From positions 18,724,001 to 18,788,000 of the forward strand of contig NC_045704.1 of NCBI RefSeq assembly GCF_009834535.1: a stretch of DNA of 64,000 nt. The letters run 5' to 3'. The notes under the pieces were generated by a model, which saw only the letters and a program-made list of their open reading frames with translations, ran no database searches and was not told the origin of the DNA. This stretch comes from Camelus ferus (Eukaryota). Below are positions 58,451-64,000 of this stretch, one piece after another. A program made the translations under genes and the position numbers. How positions within the stretch are numbered: position 1 is the stretch's first letter; each line of letters starts with the position of its first letter.

Positions 58451-61400
58451 CATAGTGGGCAAGGGTGCCTCAAACGGTAGGACCAAAACTTGTAGAGGCA
58501 GGAGCGTCTGGCTCAGTGGTTCTCATATTTGTGTGTTGGAATCCTCTGGAGGGCTTATTGAATGCAGGCTGCTGGGCACACACCCCAGTGCCCACCCCAA
58601 GCTTCTGATTTGGTAGTTCTGCGGGGGAGGGGGGGGACCGAGAGGTGATGCTGATGCTGCTGGAATGGGACCCCACACTAAGAATCACTGTCCTAGTGAC
58701 GGGGAGCACAAGGCTGCCTGAGCTCAACAGTCCTCACCCTCTCCCTTTGTGTCCTCAGGCAAAGGACTTTCCTTCTCTCCAAGCCTTAGTGTCCCATCTA
58801 TAAGATGGGATATCTCTTCCCCACCATACTACTTGAGATGGCCCATGCCTTCCTCCTCACCCACTGTGAGTCCCATATTTTTGCTGGTCCTTGACCCTCC
58901 AACTGCCTACCTCAGGACCTTTGCACATGCTGTCTCTTCTGCCTAAAAGGCCTTCCACTCCATGCCTCCATAGATACCTTCATCTCCATTCAAATGTCAC
59001 CTCTTCAGAAGGCACACCCCTTCTTGCTTTATTCTACCTGATTCTTCCCTACTGGTTCATAGAAGGCAGCTGGGCCCTCCCTTGCCAAGGTCAATTCCTG
59101 CCCCCCCACCCCCATCCCCCGTCTTCTTTATCACCACACCCAGTTCTTTCTTTCTTGAACTTAGTGTGATTTGTGAATACCTCTAAGTATGTGAGTATGT
59201 TCACTTGGTCATGACCTATGTCACCCGGTGAGAATGTCAGCTTCACCAGGGCAGGGCCTTGGGTGGGTTTGTTTATTGTTTGTCCCCAGCTCAGGGCTGA
59301 CACAGACTGGTCGCTCTGTTTGTTGAGCAAGGAGGGCAAGAAGGCCGGGCCCTGAACAGGAGGATGAGGCTCTGTCCAGCCCAGGAACCACATCCAACCT
59401 GCCCAAGTCTAGCTCCCACAGCTCCTGTTGCAAAACTAGATCACCCCCAGGAGCATCTGTGCATCCCAGGGCCCAATCCTGCTGGTACAGAGAGAGAAAG
59501 GCAGGGGTCCAGGAGGGCAGGCACCGGGGCCTGGAGGGGAAGATGGTGGTTTCTCCGCCAGGGCTGCAGGGGATGGAAATCCTAGCCAGGTCAGGAGAGG
59601 GTTGAGGGTGGGAAAAATTTGTGCTAGGTTGGGTACCGCATCCCCCAGATAGAAACCACTGGGCTGAGGCAGGGATGTGTGTTGAGCCAGATTCATCCTG
59701 TAGGGGGCAACAGAGAGGCAGGGATGAACTAGGGTAGAACCAGGGAAATGAAGACAGGACAAAGGGAGAAGAGGAGGAGGTGGGAAGGTGTAGAGATGAA
59801 GACAGCTATCTAGGCAGAGAATTGAAGATAAAGACAGACAGAAGGAAAGAGAGGCAGAGAGATCTGGAGAGGCTGAAGCATAGAGACAGACAAAAAGAGA
59901 GACGCTTATGGAGACTGGGGTGGAGTTGACTAGTTCCAGGGAGGGAGGGTCAGGGGCCAGAAGGCATTACCTGCGGCAGAGGCAAGGTGACAGTCCAGGG
60001 GCAGGTGGGGGAGGACGCAAGGCATATGCACACCAAATAAATTTGCCCAGCACCAAATGGAAAGTGCATGAAGATCTCTCTTGGGGCATTGTTTAGAACA
60101 GCAAGTAACCACGGGGTTCCTGAACATCCATCATTTCAGGCTGTTTCAATAAATCATGGCTCATGTGCACCGTAGAATACCACCCAGTCATTAGCAGAAG
60201 TGAGGTTGCTTTTATGTACCAGCTGGGACCCACCTCCTCTACCAGAATGCACTATTAGATAGCAAAAGGCGAGGTGTAGAAGGATGTGTCCATTATGTTA
60301 ACATTTGCACAAAGTAGAACATATATGAATATATGCACGTAGGTAGTTCCTGGTCTGTGCATACATTTCTGGAAGGAGACACAAGAAACTTGTATCAGTG
60401 GCTGCCCCTGGGGAGGGGACTGGGAGTCTGGGAGTGGGGAGGGAGGGAGGTTGACTTTGCAATTTATTCCTTTTGGGAGCCTTTACAGTTGGTACCATGG
60501 GCTTTGGTTACCTGTTCAAATATTAAATAAGATTAAATGATTGAAAGAGAGAGAGAAAGTTGGGAATAAAGGTGGACGGAAGAGATGGGGCAGGAAGAAA
60601 GTGAGAGAGAGTTTAACTCTGTTTAACCCAGTGGTCCCCAAACTTCTGCTGATGCCTTTGATCATCTGGGGAAAGGCTCTGAGCTGTCCCCACCTCCGCA
60701 AACCACAGGCCAGGACACTATTTGCTGCCCCATCTTGTCCCCCAACCTCAATACAGCTCAGTCTTCTCTAGGAGTGACTGTCTTTCTTCTGGAGTCCCTT
60801 TTTGGGGGTCTGGCCTAGTTGCTGTGACTGGTAGCCCCAAAAGACAGGGTTGACACTTTCCTGCTCAGACCAGGGGTCCCTCAGGTGTGGTATTGAGGGG
60901 AGCCCTGCCCAGTCTTCAGGAGGCTGTGGCGTGATGACGAAGAGGAAAGACTTCCAGGCCAAGTGCCTGGCTTCAAACCCTGCCTCTTTCTTCCTGTGTG
61001 ACCTCAGGCTGGTGACTTCATGTCTCTGGTCCTTAATCTCCCAGCTGTAAATTGGGACAAGGAAGGTACAGCCCTCAGAGGGCTGCTAGGAGGGTAGCGT
61101 TGGTTTCCTGGGCTGCCATATTGAATTGCCACAAATGTGGTGGCTTAAAACAGCAAGAATGTCTTCTCTTGTCGTTCTGGAAGCTGGAGCCTGAAATCAA
61201 GGTGTCAACAGGGACTTGCTCCCTCGGGAGCTTTAGGGGGAGAAGACTTCCTGGCCTCTTCCAGCTTTTGGTGGCTGCCCATGTGGCTTAGCTCATGGCC
61301 ACGGCGCTGTAATCTCTGCATGTCTTCACCTGGCCTTCTCTGGGTGTCTCAAATCTCCCTCTGCTTTTCTCTTCTAAGGACACTTGTCACTGGATTTAGG

Positions 61401-62702
61401 TCCCACCCAGATAAGCCAGGATGGTCTCATCTCAAGATCCTTGATCACATCTGCAAATACTCCTTTTCCAAATAAGGTCACATCCATAGGTTCCACAGGG
61501 ACATATCTGATTTTTTGGTGGGGGGGAAGGGGACACTCTTCAATCCACTACAGGGTTAAATGAGGTAATACCAGGAGCTCAGCAAAGCACCAGAGGCGGT
61601 AAGGCTTTGATAAATGTTAACTACTACCTTGATTTTCCTTGGCCCACGTGATACTATGTTTGAATTAGTTGCCTGCCTTTAAGATTCAAGAGCTCTCACA
61701 TGAAAATGGGGATTTCTTGAGGAAAGTCAGAACATTTGGCATCATTGGACCAAACTCCCACAAGGCCACAGAGCCCTGAGAAGTGACTGACCCTGAGAGG
61801 GGCGTGTGTGCGACCACCTCCCACCCCCCTACCCCCACCGATGTCACCTGCCTGGCCCTCCTGGACCGGGTCTGTCCTGCTCGCTGTTGCAGTCCCACCA
61901 TCCAGCCCAAAGCCTGGCTCTAAAAGCCAGTGAGGGACCTGAGATTTCAAGCCTGGCCCTCGTAAGCCGTGAGACCCTGAGCGAGGCCCTTTCCCTCCGT
62001 GGACTTCAGTCTCCACATCTGTGAAATGAGGGAAGATGTGAGATGATTCCCTGGGCCCTTCTCATGGGACATTGGCTGGAGGCAGGCATGAGGTTTGATG
62101 CTAACAATGACTTACTGAGGCAAACTGCCATTCTCCCATTCCCCATCCTGGCTGCGGGTTAGAATCACCTGGATAATTCTCATTTTAGATACCTGTGGCC
62201 AGGCCCCAGTCCACACCAAAGGGGGTTGCGATTTGCTTATATAACAGACCTTCAGCATGGCCTTCAGGCCTTTATTTCTCCCAAGACCACTCTTTCATTC
62301 ATCCTTCCCTATGAGCACACTCGGTCCCTGGCTCCCAACGGCTGCACAGGAGCCCCTTGCTGGTGCTCTCAGCTCTGGCAGAAACACTGCTGTGGTGAAT
62401 ATCCTTGTGCTCGCCCTGTCTTGGTCCAGAGGGAGAGTTTCTTTGGGAAGTCACCCAAGAGCGGAATTATCGGGAGATACGCATGCGCAGTACTTCGGTT
62501 GACGAAGGCCGACTTTCTAATTTTTACTAGGTTCGCCGTGTTAAAAATGACAGCTCATTGTTGAATTTGCTTTTCTCTGATCACTGATGAGCTTAAGCAC
62601 CTGAGCATATTCCTATTGGCCTTTTGGATTTTTTTTCTTTCTGTAAATTGCCTGTTTATATCCTCTGCCCATTTTTCTGTTAGGGTTGCTCTTTTACCCG
62701 TT

Positions 62703-62705
<3 letters not shown>

Positions 62706-62740
<35 letters not shown>

Positions 62741-63620
62741 CAAAAAGCTTTATTGTTACTATGTGGTCCAAGGGTTGGGAGAGGGCTCCAGGATGGTTAA
62801 AAAGCTGCCTGGTGACCGCAGAGAGAGGCTTCAGGCAGAAGCGCTGACACCAGAGGGGCTCCACAAAGGCCGCGGGGTTGCAGAGGCTCCTAGTCGTGCT
62901 TGAGGTGAGCCTTTGGGAGAGATACTCGCCCAGCTCAGCCTGGGGACCAGCCAGCCTGTGGAGGTGAGTCAGGTGGTCGCCCATCTTCTTGATGAGTTTC
63001 ACCTCTTCATCCAGGAAGTGGCTCTCCCAGAAGTCACAGAGGTGTGGGTCTGGGTGGGTGGAACCCAGGGCATGCAGATCCAAAAGGGCCTGGTTCAGGT
63101 TCTTCTCCAGGACAATAGCAGCTTCCATAGCGTCCTGGTTTTTACCCCACTCATCTTGAGATGGCTTCTGCACGTTCTGAAAGAGGCTGCGGCCACCACA
63201 CTGGTTTTGCATTTTCAAGAGATGCTCAGCACCCTCGCGCTTCTCCTAGCCAATTCACGGAAAAAGTGGCCCACGCCGTCCAGAGCCACATCATCGCAGC
63301 AGAAATAGAAACCCAGAGAGAGGCAGGTGTAGGAGGCCCACAGATGCATGTTGACCAGGTGGTTGACGGCAGCCTCCAACTCGGTGGAATAATTCTGATG
63401 AATCTGGGAGCTCATGGTTGATTGGTAATGAGTTAAGCTCACAAAATGGTGTTGGCTGGTCCCCGAGGCTGAGGATAGCAGAGTGGCTGCTTCTGAAGGT
63501 TTCAACTAGAAAAAAGGTTGAAGGGTGGTCGGAGGCTGGAGCAAGGGGCGTCCCTGAGTCTGTTCTGTCCAAACACTGTTGAAGCAAGAGACGATCCGCA
63601 GGATCACCGAGCACACTGCC
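62706..63620 (-). pseudogene. FTL: Processed (retrotransposed) ferritin light chain pseudogene with 5' UTR, intronless CDS remnant 63415-62890, 3' UTR and poly(A) tail
   Basis: Starts [25 protein letters not shown]..., has no introns, and has 1-bp deletions near 63247 (GCT-AG-GAG) and near 62905 (ACC-TC-AAG). The remnant is 526 nt against 528 nt for an intact 175-aa FTL. AATAAA at 62749-62754 and an A-tail at 62706-62733. Inserted into an old L1 fragment. Confidence 0.95.
63564..63589 (-). promoter_or_regulatory. Iron-responsive element in the retrocopied FTL 5' UTR
   Basis: The minus strand reads TCTTGC-TTCAA-CAGTGT-TTGGA-CAGA: CAGUGN loop, 5-bp upper stem and UGC/C bulge typical of ferritin IREs. 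Confidence 0.9.
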
Positions 63621-64000
63621 TAAAGAAATATCTTGAAGGTGTTAGGCTTTGTAAACATCTTCTCCCATTCTGAAACCTATTCCATTTCCCGCAATGTCCT
63701 TCCTTGAACAAAAACTTAAATTTTTGATAAAATCAAATTGATTATTTTTCTTTAATGTGTTCCTTTGGGGCTTTAAGAAGACCTTCTCTGCCCCTAGGTC
63801 ATCGAGTATTTTCCTCTATCAACTTTATAATTTACCTTTCATGGTGATGTTTAATCTGGCTAGAGAAGCACTGTCCAACAGAACTGAGATAATAGAAATT
63901 TTTCATATCTCTACTGCCCTGAACTGGGTTCCCTTTTGTTGTATTCAGTAGGGAGTCAGTTTTTACTTCAAAGAATGAACCAATTTCCTCAACACTATTA

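Noticed and set aside
62694-63218. 174-aa ferritin-like ORF as a functional gene
   Set aside because: It starts at TTG after a frameshift, lacks the first helix region, shifts frame again near the end and runs into the poly(A) tail.

Overview
Mammalian genomic DNA, most likely a camelid (camel, alpaca or llama): it carries many tRNA-derived Vic-1-like SINEs and I saw no Alu, Bov-tA/BovB or PRE-1. The window covers the type III interferon locus, syntenic with human 19q13.2 and read in the reverse orientation. From left to right: about 21 kb of mostly L1/LTR repeats; a palindrome with ~6.3-kb arms (21597-27934 and 34881-41215, spacer ~6.9 kb) in which each arm carries an intact IFNL2/3-type gene and an intact IFNL4 gene; then SYCN (+), NCCRP1 (-) and a frameshifted processed FTL pseudogene that keeps its iron-responsive element. 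The main observation is that both IFNL4 copies are intact and encode the same 185-aa protein, whereas the human positional equivalent IFNL4P1 is a pseudogene. The arms are near-identical (about 9 differences found by eye, all non-coding) but sit inside homologous flanks of only ~85% identity, which points to an old duplication kept homogeneous by arm-to-arm gene conversion. Further candidates: an unannotated upstream mini-exon/uORF in IFNL4, LTR-borne GAS and NF-Y/octamer modules, and CTCF-like motifs bracketing the cluster. Exon coordinates were worked out by hand from splice signals and protein homology. No alignment, RepeatMasker or motif scan was run, so repeat family names come from recognition and are approximate.
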